NCBI GenBank assembly: GCA_900319905.1
Contig: ONQB01000001.1
Location: 82,343 to 146,342 of the forward strand
Direction: 5' to 3'
Length of the DNA: 64,000 nucleotides
Source: an uncultured Prevotella sp.
GTDB taxonomy: Bacteria > Bacteroidota > Bacteroidia > Bacteroidales > Bacteroidaceae
Positions 1 through 9,543 of this stretch are shown here, in pieces (positions within the stretch are counted from its first letter, which is position 1; each line of letters opens with the position of its first letter). The position numbers were made by a program, and so were the translations under genes. Below the pieces are notes generated by a model that was given only the letters and a program-made list of their open reading frames with translations, searched no databases and was not told where the DNA came from.

Positions 1-1054
1 CGAGAAGGTGATGCGGCTCGAACCCGACAACGCCTATGCGCAGGGAGCAATGTATGACTACTACCGTGCCACGTCGCAGGATACATTGGCCAGTGGCATG
101 ATGCAGCGCATTCTCTTGGGACGTAACACGCCTGCCGCCACACGCATTCAATTCCTCAGACAAGCCATACAGGACAATGAGCAGGAAGGTGGTGACTCTA
201 CAAAAATCATCGGTCTCATCGATAAAATACAGCAGGTGGTGCCTACCGATACGATGGTGGCACAGCTCAAGGTGGCTTACTACTCCTTGAAGAAACTGCC
301 TAAAGATACCATCGACAGCGCCCTTGTGCAGTTGCTCGCCTTACAGCCTGACAATGCGGGCGCTCGCATGCAGCTTATTCAGAACAACTGGGGCAAGGAC
401 AATTGGAAAGAGATAGCTCAGCTCAGCGAACCGGGTATGATGTACAATCCCGATGAAATGGTGTTTTATTTCTTCAACGGCCTGTCTCGTTACTACTTGA
501 AAGACGACGATGGCGCGCTGGATGTGCTCAAGCGTGGCGCCGCGGAAATCAATGACCAGAGTAGTCCGGATATCGTCGCTGACCTCTACTCGGTCATGGG
601 TGAGATCTATCATAATAAGGGACTCAACCAGGAAGCCTATGCCGCTTATGACAGTTGCTTGATTTATAAGCCCGACAACATCGTAACGCTTAACAACTAT
701 GCTTACTTCCTCAGTGTTGATGGCAAGCAGTTGCCCAAAGCTGAAGAGATGAGTGCCAAGGCGGTAAAGGCAGAACCCAAGAACGCTACGTATCTCGATA
801 CCTATGCGTGGATTCTCTATAAGCAACAGCGTTTTGCCGAAGCGAAGGTCTATATTGACATGGCCCTGAAGAACAGCAGCGACAGCACTTCCGACGGTAC
901 GCTGTATGAACATGCCGGTGACATCTATTCAGAACTGCATGATTACAAAGCTGCCGTGGCTTATTACAAGCAGGCTCAACAGCGGGGCGGCGATGTGAAA
1001 GCGCTCAACCGTAAAATCATTCTTTATCAGAAACGAATTCAGAAAAGCAAATGA
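1..1054 (+). CDS. TPR-repeat protein (5'-truncated by window edge)
   Basis: Frame is open from the window start. Repeated TPR-like helices (LNNYAYFL, YLDTYAWILYK, LYEHAGDIY). Stop overlaps the next ATG. Confidence 0.85.
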   Translation, partial: EKVMRLEPDNAYAQGAMYDYYRATSQDTLASGMMQRILLGRNTPAATRIQFLRQAIQDNEQEGGDSTKIIGLIDKIQQVVPTDTMVAQLKVAYYSLKKLPKDTIDSALVQLLALQPDNAGARMQLIQNNWGKDNWKEIAQLSEPGMMYNPDEMVFYFFNGLSRYYLKDDDGALDVLKRGAAEINDQSSPDIVADLYSVMGEIYHNKGLNQEAYAAYDSCLIYKPDNIVTLNNYAYFLSVDGKQLPKAEEMSAKAVKAEPKNATYLDTYAWILYKQQRFAEAKVYIDMALKNSSDSTSDGTLYEHAGDIYSELHDYKAAVAYYKQAQQRGGDVKALNRKIILYQKRIQKSK

Positions 1055-1959
1055 GAAAGTCACACATCATACTCTTAGCCCTGCCTTGTCTGCTTTGGGC
1101 ATGCGGCACCACGAAACAAGCCGTCAATAACGCTGGCCAGAAACAGGAAACGGTCAGTACGGTGGCCAAGCAAAAGGAGGTGACCGGTAAGCAAAATGCC
1201 ACAGCCACCTCGCTGTCGTTTGTACAGAAGGTAAGCGACAACAGCGTGTATGCGCAGAACATCGTGTCAAGCATGACCTTCAGCATCAAGGCTGGCAACA
1301 AGGACATCTCGGCACCGGGATCGCTCCGCATGAGAAAAGACAAGATGATTCGCCTGCAGCTGTTTGTACCTATCATTGGTACGGAAGTGGGACGCATCGA
1401 CTTCACGCCGGATTATGTGCTGGTGGTTGACAGGCTGCACAAGCAATATGTGAAGGGCGGTTACAACGATATCGACTTCCTTCGCAATAACGGACTGGAT
1501 TTCTACTCTCTGCAATCGCTGTTTTGGAACCAGCTGCTCTTGCCGGGAACTAAGAAAGTAGGAGAGATGGATCTCCAGAAATTTAGCGCAAATCTCGATG
1601 GAACCGGTCAATATGTGCCCGTAAGCATCAAGTACAACAACCTTAGTTTCGTGTGGAAGGCCGCGCGTACAACGGGACTCATCAACCAGGCAAAGGTCGT
1701 ATACTCATCGGCTGCTAATGGCAGTTCTACCCTTACGTGGGACTACTCCAACTTCAAGTCCGTCGGCGCAAAGATGTTCCCTGCCACACAAGTGTTCGCT
1801 TTTGAGAGCAAACAGATGCAGAAAGTCAGTGCCGTGACGGTGACCCTCGAGATGGATAACATACAGACCACTTCGGGATGGGACAGCGAGACGACGCTCT
1901 CGTCTAAATACAAACAGGTGGATGCCAAGCAGGCGTTGAGTAAATTACTGAGCATGTAG
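1051..1959 (+). CDS. DUF4292-like lipoprotein
   Basis: Lipobox LLWAC; motifs LRMRKDKMIRLQL, EVGRIDFTPD, LDFYSLQSLFWN. Sits in the TPR-DUF4292-M23 order typical of Bacteroidota. Confidence 0.75.
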   Translation: MRKSHIILLALPCLLWACGTTKQAVNNAGQKQETVSTVAKQKEVTGKQNATATSLSFVQKVSDNSVYAQNIVSSMTFSIKAGNKDISAPGSLRMRKDKMIRLQLFVPIIGTEVGRIDFTPDYVLVVDRLHKQYVKGGYNDIDFLRNNGLDFYSLQSLFWNQLLLPGTKKVGEMDLQKFSANLDGTGQYVPVSIKYNNLSFVWKAARTTGLINQAKVVYSSAANGSSTLTWDYSNFKSVGAKMFPATQVFAFESKQMQKVSAVTVTLEMDNIQTTSGWDSETTLSSKYKQVDAKQALSKLLSM

Positions 1960-2002
1960 TAAATCGCTTAGCAAGTACATGTAGTAAATCATTTAGCAAG
2001 TA
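1953..2002 (+). repeat. 25-bp tandem duplication (2 copies)
   Basis: catgtagtaaatcgcttagcaagta / catgtagtaaatcatttagcaagta, 2 mismatches. Confidence 0.9.
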
Positions 2003-2003
2003 A

Positions 2004-3698
2004 ATGAAGAAGATTGTATTGTTTATATTGTTGATGGCAGGCTTGATGCTTCCGGCAGGTGCCCAGAACAGCAGGTCAAGGAGCACGTCATCGCACAGGC
2101 AGACCACCGTGCAGAAGTCAAGACGTAGTGCTTCTTCAAAGACTACTTCAAGGTCATCGAAGAAGACTACTGCTAGGAAAGCTTCAAGAAAAGGTGTGGC
2201 GAGAAACAACAATAATATCACCAATGCCTCGATACAGAAGCTGAGAAACCAGCGCGCTGACATTCAGCGTAAGATCAGACAGCAGGAACAGGCGCTCAAG
2301 CAAAACAAGGCTGATGTGTCCAAACGCTTGAACGACCTGATGGCAATCAACGGTGAGATCGATAAAAATCAGCAGAACATCGATGGTATTCAGAAAGACA
2401 TCCGTCATATCAACGGCAATATCGGCATCCTCAACTCGCAGCTTAACTCGCTTAAGATGCAGTTGAAGCAACGGCAGAACAACTATATCAAGTCGATGCG
2501 TTATATGGCGCGTCACCGGTCGGTGCAGGATAGGCTGATGTTTATCTTCTCGGCCAAAAACTTCTATCAGATGTACCGCCGTCTGCGCTTTGTTCGCGAG
2601 TATGCGCAATACCAGCGGGCGCAGGGTGAGGCCGTGAAGGCCAAGCAACTGGAGGTGGACAACAAGCATCAGCAGTTGCGGCGTGTCAAAGGGCAGAAGA
2701 ATACCTTATTGTATAAAGGTCAGCAGGAGCAACGGAAGCTGCAAGCCAATAAGGATCAGCAACAGGAGATTGTCAATGGCTTGCAGAAACAGCAGCGCAC
2801 CATCCAGGTGATCATCGCTGAACAGCGTAAGAAAGACGCTGCACTCAATGCTGAGATTGACCGGCAGGTTGAGATTGAGATTGCCAAGGTGCGTGCCCGT
2901 GCGGAGGCAGAAGCCCGTAGGAAAGCGGCAGAGGCTGCGGCTGCGGCCAAGCGACGTGCGGCAGAGTTGGCTCGGAAGAAGGCGGCTGCTGAGGCGGCTG
3001 CCCGAGAGAATGCCCGCCGTATTGCGGAGGCCAAGAAGCGGGAAGAGGCAGCCCGGCAGGCTGCGAAACAAGCTGCCGCTGCCGCCGCTGAGGCACAGAG
3101 AAACAAACAAGAGGCTGCGGCAAGAGAAGCGGCTGCGAAGAAAGCTGCCGCCGAACAGGCCGCACGTGAGGCTGAAGCTGCCCGTGAGGCCGCTGAGTTG
3201 AAGCAGAAGGTTGATGCCGAAAGAGCACGCAAGGAAATCGCAAAGGCACAGGAGCAACAGCAGGAAGTACAGAAGTTCTCGTCGGTCGACCGAATGATGA
3301 ACAACGGTTTCGAGGCCAATCGTGGCCGTCTGCCTATGCCCATTACAGGCAGTTATAAGATTGTTAGCCACTTTGGTCAGTACAATGTCGCTGGATTGAG
3401 AGGGGTGACACTCGACAACAAGGGCATCAATATCATGGGAGGCCCCGGCTGTCAGGCACGTGCCATCTACGACGGTGAGGTAAGTGCAGTATTGAGCTAT
3501 GCCGGTTCGGTGGTCGTGATGTTGCGTCATGGTGCTTACATCTCCGTCTACGCCAACCTCAGTTCGGCCAGCGTGAGTCGTGGTCAGCATGTGAGCGCCC
3601 GGCAGATTCTCGGCACGGTGGGCAGTGAGCACATCCTGCAGTTCCAGTTGCGTAAGGAGCGCGCCAAGCTCAATCCTGAGGCATGGCTGGGCAGGTAA
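2004..3698 (+). CDS. EnvC-like murein hydrolase activator (coiled coil + degenerate M23/LytM domain)
   Basis: Signal peptide, long Q/A/E/K coiled coil, C-terminal GRLPMP...NKGINI...YANL...LQFQLRKE lacking the Zn-binding His residues. Confidence 0.85.
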   Translation: MKKIVLFILLMAGLMLPAGAQNSRSRSTSSHRQTTVQKSRRSASSKTTSRSSKKTTARKASRKGVARNNNNITNASIQKLRNQRADIQRKIRQQEQALKQNKADVSKRLNDLMAINGEIDKNQQNIDGIQKDIRHINGNIGILNSQLNSLKMQLKQRQNNYIKSMRYMARHRSVQDRLMFIFSAKNFYQMYRRLRFVREYAQYQRAQGEAVKAKQLEVDNKHQQLRRVKGQKNTLLYKGQQEQRKLQANKDQQQEIVNGLQKQQRTIQVIIAEQRKKDAALNAEIDRQVEIEIAKVRARAEAEARRKAAEAAAAAKRRAAELARKKAAAEAAARENARRIAEAKKREEAARQAAKQAAAAAAEAQRNKQEAAAREAAAKKAAAEQAAREAEAAREAAELKQKVDAERARKEIAKAQEQQQEVQKFSSVDRMMNNGFEANRGRLPMPITGSYKIVSHFGQYNVAGLRGVTLDNKGINIMGGPGCQARAIYDGEVSAVLSYAGSVVVMLRHGAYISVYANLSSASVSRGQHVSARQILGTVGSEHILQFQLRKERAKLNPEAWLGR

Positions 3699-3729
3699 TG
3701 GACTCCGATGTGCGGAATCCCTTCCGAAT

Positions 3730-3817
3730 TCATAAGCAGCTTCGATACTTCTCATAAGTAGCTTCGTTGCTTCTCATAAGCAGCTTCGATACTTCTCATA
3801 AGCTGCATCGTCGCATC
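3730..3817 (+). repeat. 22-bp tandem array, 4 copies (TCATAAGCAGCTTCGATACTTC)
   Basis: Units start at 3730, 3752, 3774 and 3796; copies 1 and 3 are identical. Confidence 0.9.
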
Positions 3818-3822
3818 CCTAT

Positions 3823-3859
3823 AATGACGAGGTCGCTTCTTATCAGCAACCTCGTCATT
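3823..3859. terminator. Hairpin between convergent envC-like and argE-like genes
   Basis: aatgacgaggtcgct-tcttatc-agcaacctcgtcatt, overlapping the argE-like stop codon. Confidence 0.65.
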
Positions 3860-4931
3860 TGTTGTTGAACCGGATGTCGAGCTGGTCGAACAATTGTTGG
3901 TAGATGTCAATGGCATGTACCATTTCGCTCAGACAGATATACTCGTCGGCGGAATGCGATCGTGCCGATTCGCCCGGTCCCAGTTTGAGAGATGGGAATG
4001 GCATGAGTGCCTGGTCGCTCAGCGTAGGTGACCCGAAGGGAGTCAGATTCAGACTTAAGCAGCGCTGCACCAGAGGATGACGGTTGTCGATATGTGACGA
4101 GTGCAGGCGGAAGGAATGGGCTTTTACCTCACTCTTGACGTGCGACTTGATTATCTCATACACCTCCTCGTTGGTGTAGCACTCGTTGGTGCGTACGTCC
4201 ACGAGCATGGTGCACAGGTCGGGTATCACGTTGTGCTGCGTGCCTGCATGGACGACGGTGAGTGTCATTTTTGTTGGCCCTAGCAGTGGGCTCACCCTGT
4301 CAAACTTATAATCCCTTATCCAGACCATGTCGTCGAGCGCTTCATAGATGGCGTTTACGCCCTCATTGCGGGCGGCATGTCCGCTTTTTCCATGTGCGAT
4401 GACGTCGAGCACCATCAGTCCCCGCTCCGCAACGGCAGGTTGCATGCCCGTAGGCTCTCCCACGACAGCGACGTCGATGTGTGGCAGCAACGGCAGTACA
4501 CTGCTGATGCCCTGCTGCCCAGATATTTCCTCCTCGGCCGATGCCAGGTAGATGGTGTTATAAGGTTGCGGTCTGAGTGTGAGCCAGCGAAACACCTGCA
4601 ACAGCGTTGTCAGTCCGCCGCCGCAGTCATTGCTGCCTAAGCCATAGAGTCGGTCACCCTCAATGGTGGGCGAAAAGGGGTCGCGCGACCACGATTGTGC
4701 TGGTTTCACCGTATCGATATGCGCATTGAGCAACAACGTCGGTTTATCGTCATCCCATTGTGGCGAGGCAACCCACAGGTTGTTGCCGGCCCGCTTGGTT
4801 TGCAGACCATATGCGGTCATCTGCCTTTCGAGTACATCGGCGGCTTCTTTCTCCTGACGGCTTATCGACGGGGTGGCGATCAAGTGTTGGAGAAGGTCAA
4901 CTGCATCGTTTAAATAGTCATGCTGTCTCAT
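3855..4931 (-). CDS. argE: M20 family metallohydrolase, acetylornithine deacetylase (ArgE)-like
   Basis: LLLNAHIDTV, LYGLGSNDCGG, SAEEE, VGEPT, GKSGHAA, RSHSADEY motifs. Confidence 0.8.
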   Translation of the reverse strand: MRQHDYLNDAVDLLQHLIATPSISRQEKEAADVLERQMTAYGLQTKRAGNNLWVASPQWDDDKPTLLLNAHIDTVKPAQSWSRDPFSPTIEGDRLYGLGSNDCGGGLTTLLQVFRWLTLRPQPYNTIYLASAEEEISGQQGISSVLPLLPHIDVAVVGEPTGMQPAVAERGLMVLDVIAHGKSGHAARNEGVNAIYEALDDMVWIRDYKFDRVSPLLGPTKMTLTVVHAGTQHNVIPDLCTMLVDVRTNECYTNEEVYEIIKSHVKSEVKAHSFRLHSSHIDNRHPLVQRCLSLNLTPFGSPTLSDQALMPFPSLKLGPGESARSHSADEYICLSEMVHAIDIYQQLFDQLDIRFNNK

Positions 4932-4988
4932 ATTCGTTTGTTTTTCATTTAGTCGACGCTACAAAATTAAGAAAAAGTAGCAAATTGC

Positions 4989-5020
4989 TTTGCCTTTCTC
5001 ATATTATTATTTTATCTTTG
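4989..5020 (+). promoter_or_regulatory. Bacteroidota sigma-A promoter of acyl-CoA ligase/prfB
   Basis: TTTG-N20-TATCTTTG. A divergent TAATTTTG on the minus strand at 4962-4969 would serve argE. Confidence 0.7.
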
Positions 5021-5041
5021 CATTAATAAAAAACTACGATT

Positions 5042-6877
5042 ATGCAGAATAGGAGTCATTTATCCGTCCTCATTCAGAGTCAGGCAAAGAAGTATGGCAA
5101 ACGGGCAGCCATGATGTACCAGGATTTTGGAGGCACGGAATGGAAGACCATTTCGTGGGAGGCGTTTGCGCAGAATGTCAAGCAGGTCAGCAATGCTCTG
5201 CTGAATTTGGGTCTTAAACCACAGGAGAACATTGCCGTGTTCTCCCAGAATTGCATTCAATACCTGTTCACAGACTTTGGAGCCTATGGCATACGCGTGG
5301 TGTCGATACCATTTTATGCCACATGTTCAGAACAGCAGATCCAGTACATGATCAACGATGCGCAGGTACGCATCCTCTTTGTCGGTGAGCAGGATCAGTA
5401 TGACAAGGCGCACCGCATCTTTGCGCTTTGTCCTTCTTTGGAGCGGATCATCGTCTTCGACCATGGCGTGCGCATCAGTACTCATGACCCCAATTCTCTT
5501 TATTTTGAAGATTTTTTGAAGCTCGGTGAAGGGCTGCCACGTCAGGACGAGGTGGAGAAGCTGTACACGCAAGCCAATGATGCCGACTTGTGCAACATCC
5601 TCTACACAAGTGGTACCACGGGCGAGAGCAAAGGCGTGATGCTGTCATACGGTCAGTACGCCGCAGCCTTGAAAGCCAATGATGCCTGCGTGCCGGTGGG
5701 CGAGAACGATCGAGTCATCGACTTCTTGCCGTTCACACACATCTTCGAGCGCGGCTGGGCTTACTTGGCGTTGTCGGAGGGTGCCATGCTCATTGTCAAC
5801 ACCAACCCCCATAACATCCAGCAGGCCATGCGCGAGACTCACCCCACCAGCATGTCGAGTGTGCCCCGTTTCTGGGAGAAGGTCTATCAGGCAGTCAAGT
5901 CAAAGATCGACCGTTCAAATGCCGTTCAGCAAAAGATCTTTAACGAGGCATGGAAGATAGGCAGAAAATATAACATCGAGTACTTGGCGGCTGGTCGCAA
6001 GCCACCTCTCTCGTTGGCTATGAAATATAAGGTGGCCAACAAGTACGTACTCTCTTTGGTGCGTGCGCAGGTTGGCCTGGAACACCCCAACATCTTTCCT
6101 ACGGCAGGCGCTTATGTATCCCCGGAGGTGGAAGAATTCGTCCATTCTATCGGCATCTGCATGATTGTGGGCTATGGACTGACCGAGAGTCTGGCAACGG
6201 TGTCGTGCGACCATAAGGGTGAGAAGTTCACCATCGGTTCGGTGGGTCGTCCCATTCAAGGTCTCGAAGTGAAGATTGGAGAGAACAATGAGATACTGCT
6301 CAAGGGGCCCACTATTACCAAGGGCTATTATAAGCGGGAAGCTTTGACTGCGGCAGCCTTCGATGAGGAGGGCTTCTTCCATACGGGTGATGCAGGCTAT
6401 CTCAAGGATGGCGAACTGTATCTCACCGAGCGCATCAAGGACCTGTTCAAGACCAGCAATGGCAAGTATATCGCTCCGCAGATGATAGAATCGTTGCTGC
6501 TCGTTGACAAGTTCGTTGACCAGGTGGCAGTCATTGCCGACCAGCGCAAGTTCGTTTCAGCACTCATCGTTCCGGCATTCAATGAGATCGAGGCATGGGC
6601 CACTGCTCACGGCATCAAGTTTGAAAGCAGGGAGCAGCTTTGCGCCAATGAGCAGGTTCACAACATGATGATGGAGCGCATCGAGACGCTGCAGCAGGGA
6701 CTGGCGCCCTACGAGCAGATCAAGCGCTTCACGCTCTGTGCCCATCATTTCTCTATTAATAATGGAGAGTTGACCAATACGCTGAAGATACGCCGCCCGG
6801 TCATCTATAAGGATTATAAGGACGTCATCAACAAGATGTATGAGAAGACACCGTCTGACGGTCTGATTGCTCATTAA
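5042..6877 (+). CDS. Long-chain fatty-acid--CoA ligase (AMP-binding)
   Basis: YTSGTTGESKG, GYGLTE, FHTGDAG, ERIKDLFKTSNGKYIAP motifs. Confidence 0.9.
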   Translation: MQNRSHLSVLIQSQAKKYGKRAAMMYQDFGGTEWKTISWEAFAQNVKQVSNALLNLGLKPQENIAVFSQNCIQYLFTDFGAYGIRVVSIPFYATCSEQQIQYMINDAQVRILFVGEQDQYDKAHRIFALCPSLERIIVFDHGVRISTHDPNSLYFEDFLKLGEGLPRQDEVEKLYTQANDADLCNILYTSGTTGESKGVMLSYGQYAAALKANDACVPVGENDRVIDFLPFTHIFERGWAYLALSEGAMLIVNTNPHNIQQAMRETHPTSMSSVPRFWEKVYQAVKSKIDRSNAVQQKIFNEAWKIGRKYNIEYLAAGRKPPLSLAMKYKVANKYVLSLVRAQVGLEHPNIFPTAGAYVSPEVEEFVHSIGICMIVGYGLTESLATVSCDHKGEKFTIGSVGRPIQGLEVKIGENNEILLKGPTITKGYYKREALTAAAFDEEGFFHTGDAGYLKDGELYLTERIKDLFKTSNGKYIAPQMIESLLLVDKFVDQVAVIADQRKFVSALIVPAFNEIEAWATAHGIKFESREQLCANEQVHNMMMERIETLQQGLAPYEQIKRFTLCAHHFSINNGELTNTLKIRRPVIYKDYKDVINKMYEKTPSDGLIAH

Positions 6878-6920
6878 TGACGGCGGATGACGGCGGTGAA
6901 ATGGTAGAAAATTAAAGATT

Positions 6921-8054
6921 ATGATAACAGCTGACCAATTGAAAGATGTGATGGACCGCACTGAGAAGCTCCATCATTATCTCAATATCGACCAGAAGAA
7001 GGTAGAGTTTGAAGAAGAGCAACTGCGCACGCAGGCCCCCGATTTTTGGGATGATCCCAAGCGTGCCCAGGAGCAGATGAAGAAGGTGAAAGGCATAGAA
7101 AAGTGGCTTACCGGCTATCGTCAGGTGCAGCAATATGCTGAGGAACTGAAGCTCGCCTTTGAATATTACAAAGAAGACTTGGTGACCGAAGAGGAGGTTG
7201 ATGCCGACTATGCGAAGTCAATCAATGCCATTGAGGACCTTGAGTTGAAGAACATGTTGCGTCAGGAGGAGGATTCCATGGACGCCGTGATGAAGATCAA
7301 CAGTGGCGCTGGTGGCACCGAGGCCCAGGACTGGGCTCAGATGCTCATGCGCATGTACATGCGTTGGTGCGAGGCTCATGGCTATAAGGTGACCATTACC
7401 GACATGCAGCCAGGTGAGGAAGTGGGCATCAAGAGCATGACTATGACCATTGAGGGAGGCGAGTATGCCTATGGTTTTCTTAAGAGTGAGAATGGTGTGC
7501 ACCGTCTCGTGCGTGTGTCGCCCTACAATGCTCAGGGCAAGCGCATGACGAGTTTTGCCAGCGTCTTCGTCACGCCTCTTGTTGACGATACCATTGAGGT
7601 GTATGTCGACCCGGCCAAGGTGAGCTGGGATACCTTCCGGTCCAGCGGTGCGGGTGGCCAGAATGTGAATAAGGTGGAGTCGGGTGTGCGTCTGCGTTAC
7701 CAATACGAAGACCCCGACACCGGTGAGAAAGAAGAGATTTTGATTGAGAACACCGAGACGCGTGACCAGCCAAAGAACCGTGCCAAAGCTATGCAGCTCT
7801 TGAAGAGTCAGCTCTATGATCGAGCCCTCAAAAAGCAGCAGGCTGAGAAGGCAAAGATAGAAGCCGGTAAGAAGAAAATCGAGTGGGGCAGCCAGATTCG
7901 AAGCTATGTCTTTGACGACCGCCGCGTGAAGGACCATCGTACTGGCTATCAGACATCGGATGTTGATGGCGTGATGGATGGTAAAATCGATGGTTTCATC
8001 AAGGCTTATCTCATGGAGTTTGCTGAGAGCGACGCCGAGGCTGCTGAGAAGTGA
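6921..8054 (+). CDS. prfB: Peptide chain release factor 2 (no programmed frameshift)
   Basis: GAGGTEAQDW, ENGVHRLVRVSPY, GAGGQNVNKVES, WGSQIRSYV; continuous ORF. Confidence 0.95.
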   Translation: MITADQLKDVMDRTEKLHHYLNIDQKKVEFEEEQLRTQAPDFWDDPKRAQEQMKKVKGIEKWLTGYRQVQQYAEELKLAFEYYKEDLVTEEEVDADYAKSINAIEDLELKNMLRQEEDSMDAVMKINSGAGGTEAQDWAQMLMRMYMRWCEAHGYKVTITDMQPGEEVGIKSMTMTIEGGEYAYGFLKSENGVHRLVRVSPYNAQGKRMTSFASVFVTPLVDDTIEVYVDPAKVSWDTFRSSGAGGQNVNKVESGVRLRYQYEDPDTGEKEEILIENTETRDQPKNRAKAMQLLKSQLYDRALKKQQAEKAKIEAGKKKIEWGSQIRSYVFDDRRVKDHRTGYQTSDVDGVMDGKIDGFIKAYLMEFAESDAEAAEK

Positions 8055-8114
8055 CCGTCATCATTTGAATATAAACAACTTAAAAAATAACTCATAATTA
8101 ACTCATCACTTGTC

Positions 8115-8306
8115 ATGGGAAACAATAAGAAAGATCAAGCGAAGCACATTCCGACCAAAGAGGTCAACAATGTGGAGAATAAGAAGCAGCGTGCCAACCG
8201 AGAGGAACAGCAGAAGACACAGGGCGACAAGGTCGTGAAGTGGATCTTCGGCGCACTCGTCCTCCTTGCCATTATCTACATGGTTTGGTCGATGTTCATT
8301 GTCTGA
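8115..8306 (+). CDS. Small hypothetical membrane protein
   Basis: 63 aa with A-rich leader, charged N-terminus and a single C-terminal hydrophobic helix; co-oriented between prfB and CYTH. Confidence 0.65.
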   Translation: MGNNKKDQAKHIPTKEVNNVENKKQRANREEQQKTQGDKVVKWIFGALVLLAIIYMVWSMFIV

Positions 8307-8330
8307 TTATAACAAACTGATTATAAAAAG

Positions 8331-8831
8331 ATGAGTGGACTGGAGATAGAACGCAAGTTCTTAGTCAAGCACGGCGACGCCTATAAACGCGCCGCCGTTT
8401 CTTTTAGTCACATCCGCCAAGGCTATATCCCCGCAGAGGGAGCCACGGTGCGTGTGCGTGTACGTGACGACAAAGCCTACCTGACCATTAAGAGCAAGAG
8501 TGTGGATGGCGGCTTGTCGCGCTACGAGTTTGAAAAAGCCATCACGCTGGAAGAGGCTTCCCATCTGTTGCAATTGTGCAAAGGTGGCGTCATTGACAAA
8601 CATCGCTACTTGGTGCCGTGCGGCAACCACACGTTTGAGGTGGACGAGTTTCATGGTGCCAACGACGGCCTTGTGATGGCGGAAGTGGAGTTGGGCAGTG
8701 AGACGGAAGCCTATGAAAAGCCCGATTTCATCGGACCGGAGGTGACGGGCGACGGTCGTTTCTACAACTCCCACCTGCTCACTTCGCCTTATTCCGATTG
8801 GCGAGCCACGTTGCCAGAGGAATACCGATGA
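8331..8831 (+). CDS. CYTH-domain protein (triphosphate tunnel metalloenzyme)
   Basis: EIERKFL, TVRVR, RYEFE, IDKHRY, EVDEF, MAEVEL motifs. Confidence 0.9.
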   Translation: MSGLEIERKFLVKHGDAYKRAAVSFSHIRQGYIPAEGATVRVRVRDDKAYLTIKSKSVDGGLSRYEFEKAITLEEASHLLQLCKGGVIDKHRYLVPCGNHTFEVDEFHGANDGLVMAEVELGSETEAYEKPDFIGPEVTGDGRFYNSHLLTSPYSDWRATLPEEYR

Positions 8832-9237
8832 GCTGCCCCAAGGCCACGCCCACCGCGTCGGCCAACCAGTCAGTCACGTCACCGCTGCGATTGCCGCCGG
8901 TGCACGTGGCTTGGACGATTTCGATGAGGCCGCCCATCACGACGGGCAGGACGATGGCACCTATCAAGGTTGTCGTCTTGTTGATGACGCTGTGACGATG
9001 CCCATATTCCAACCAGATGACAAGGCACAGGCCGCCATAGAATACAAAGTGCGTCCACTTGTCAATGAATCTGATGTCGCTCAGTGGTGTCTCGGGAATC
9101 GGTATGAGGCAGAGCACCCAAATGCAGACGATGCAGCACCAACTGAAAGGATAATGCTTGAACAACTGGCGGAGATAGCGCCAGGATAAGCGGGTCGGCT
9201 GACCTGCGTAAGTGTTGGAGTGTTGGCTGTTCATCAT
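8779..9237 (-). CDS. VanZ family membrane protein
   Basis: DKWTHFVFY, GGLIEIVQ, RSGDVTDWLAD. Start moved to ATG 9237 because a minus-strand TAACTTTG promoter box lies at 9289-9296. Confidence 0.8.
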   Translation of the reverse strand: MMNSQHSNTYAGQPTRLSWRYLRQLFKHYPFSWCCIVCIWVLCLIPIPETPLSDIRFIDKWTHFVFYGGLCLVIWLEYGHRHSVINKTTTLIGAIVLPVVMGGLIEIVQATCTGGNRSGDVTDWLADAVGVALGQLIGIPLATWLANRNKAK

Positions 9238-9543
9238 GTGGCGATGATGGTTTATGTGATGGTTTATGTGATTATGCTCTATGTCGTGCAAAGTTACCAA
9301 CAATTCTCTTTACGCGATTGGCTTTACGGAATTATTTATCTTCGTTTTGTTATTGTGCTCCCCTCTCAAAAGCAGGTATTGATAATGCCAAATGTTTCAA
9401 TTCTTGTCAATTTCTCAAAACTGTGTTAAGGTTTTGATGTTTTTTCGATGAAATCCTTTCGTTTTGTTTCTAATGTCAATTCTATTTTATAATTTTGCAA
9501 TAAATTTGAGACGTTAAAGATATTATATAGCATCGATTTTGTT

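Noticed and set aside
9238-9303. His-rich N-terminal extension of VanZ (HNHINHHINHHRH)
   Set aside because: It arises from a short 12-bp repeat, and the TTG start lies upstream of the predicted -7 promoter box, so it is probably untranslated leader.
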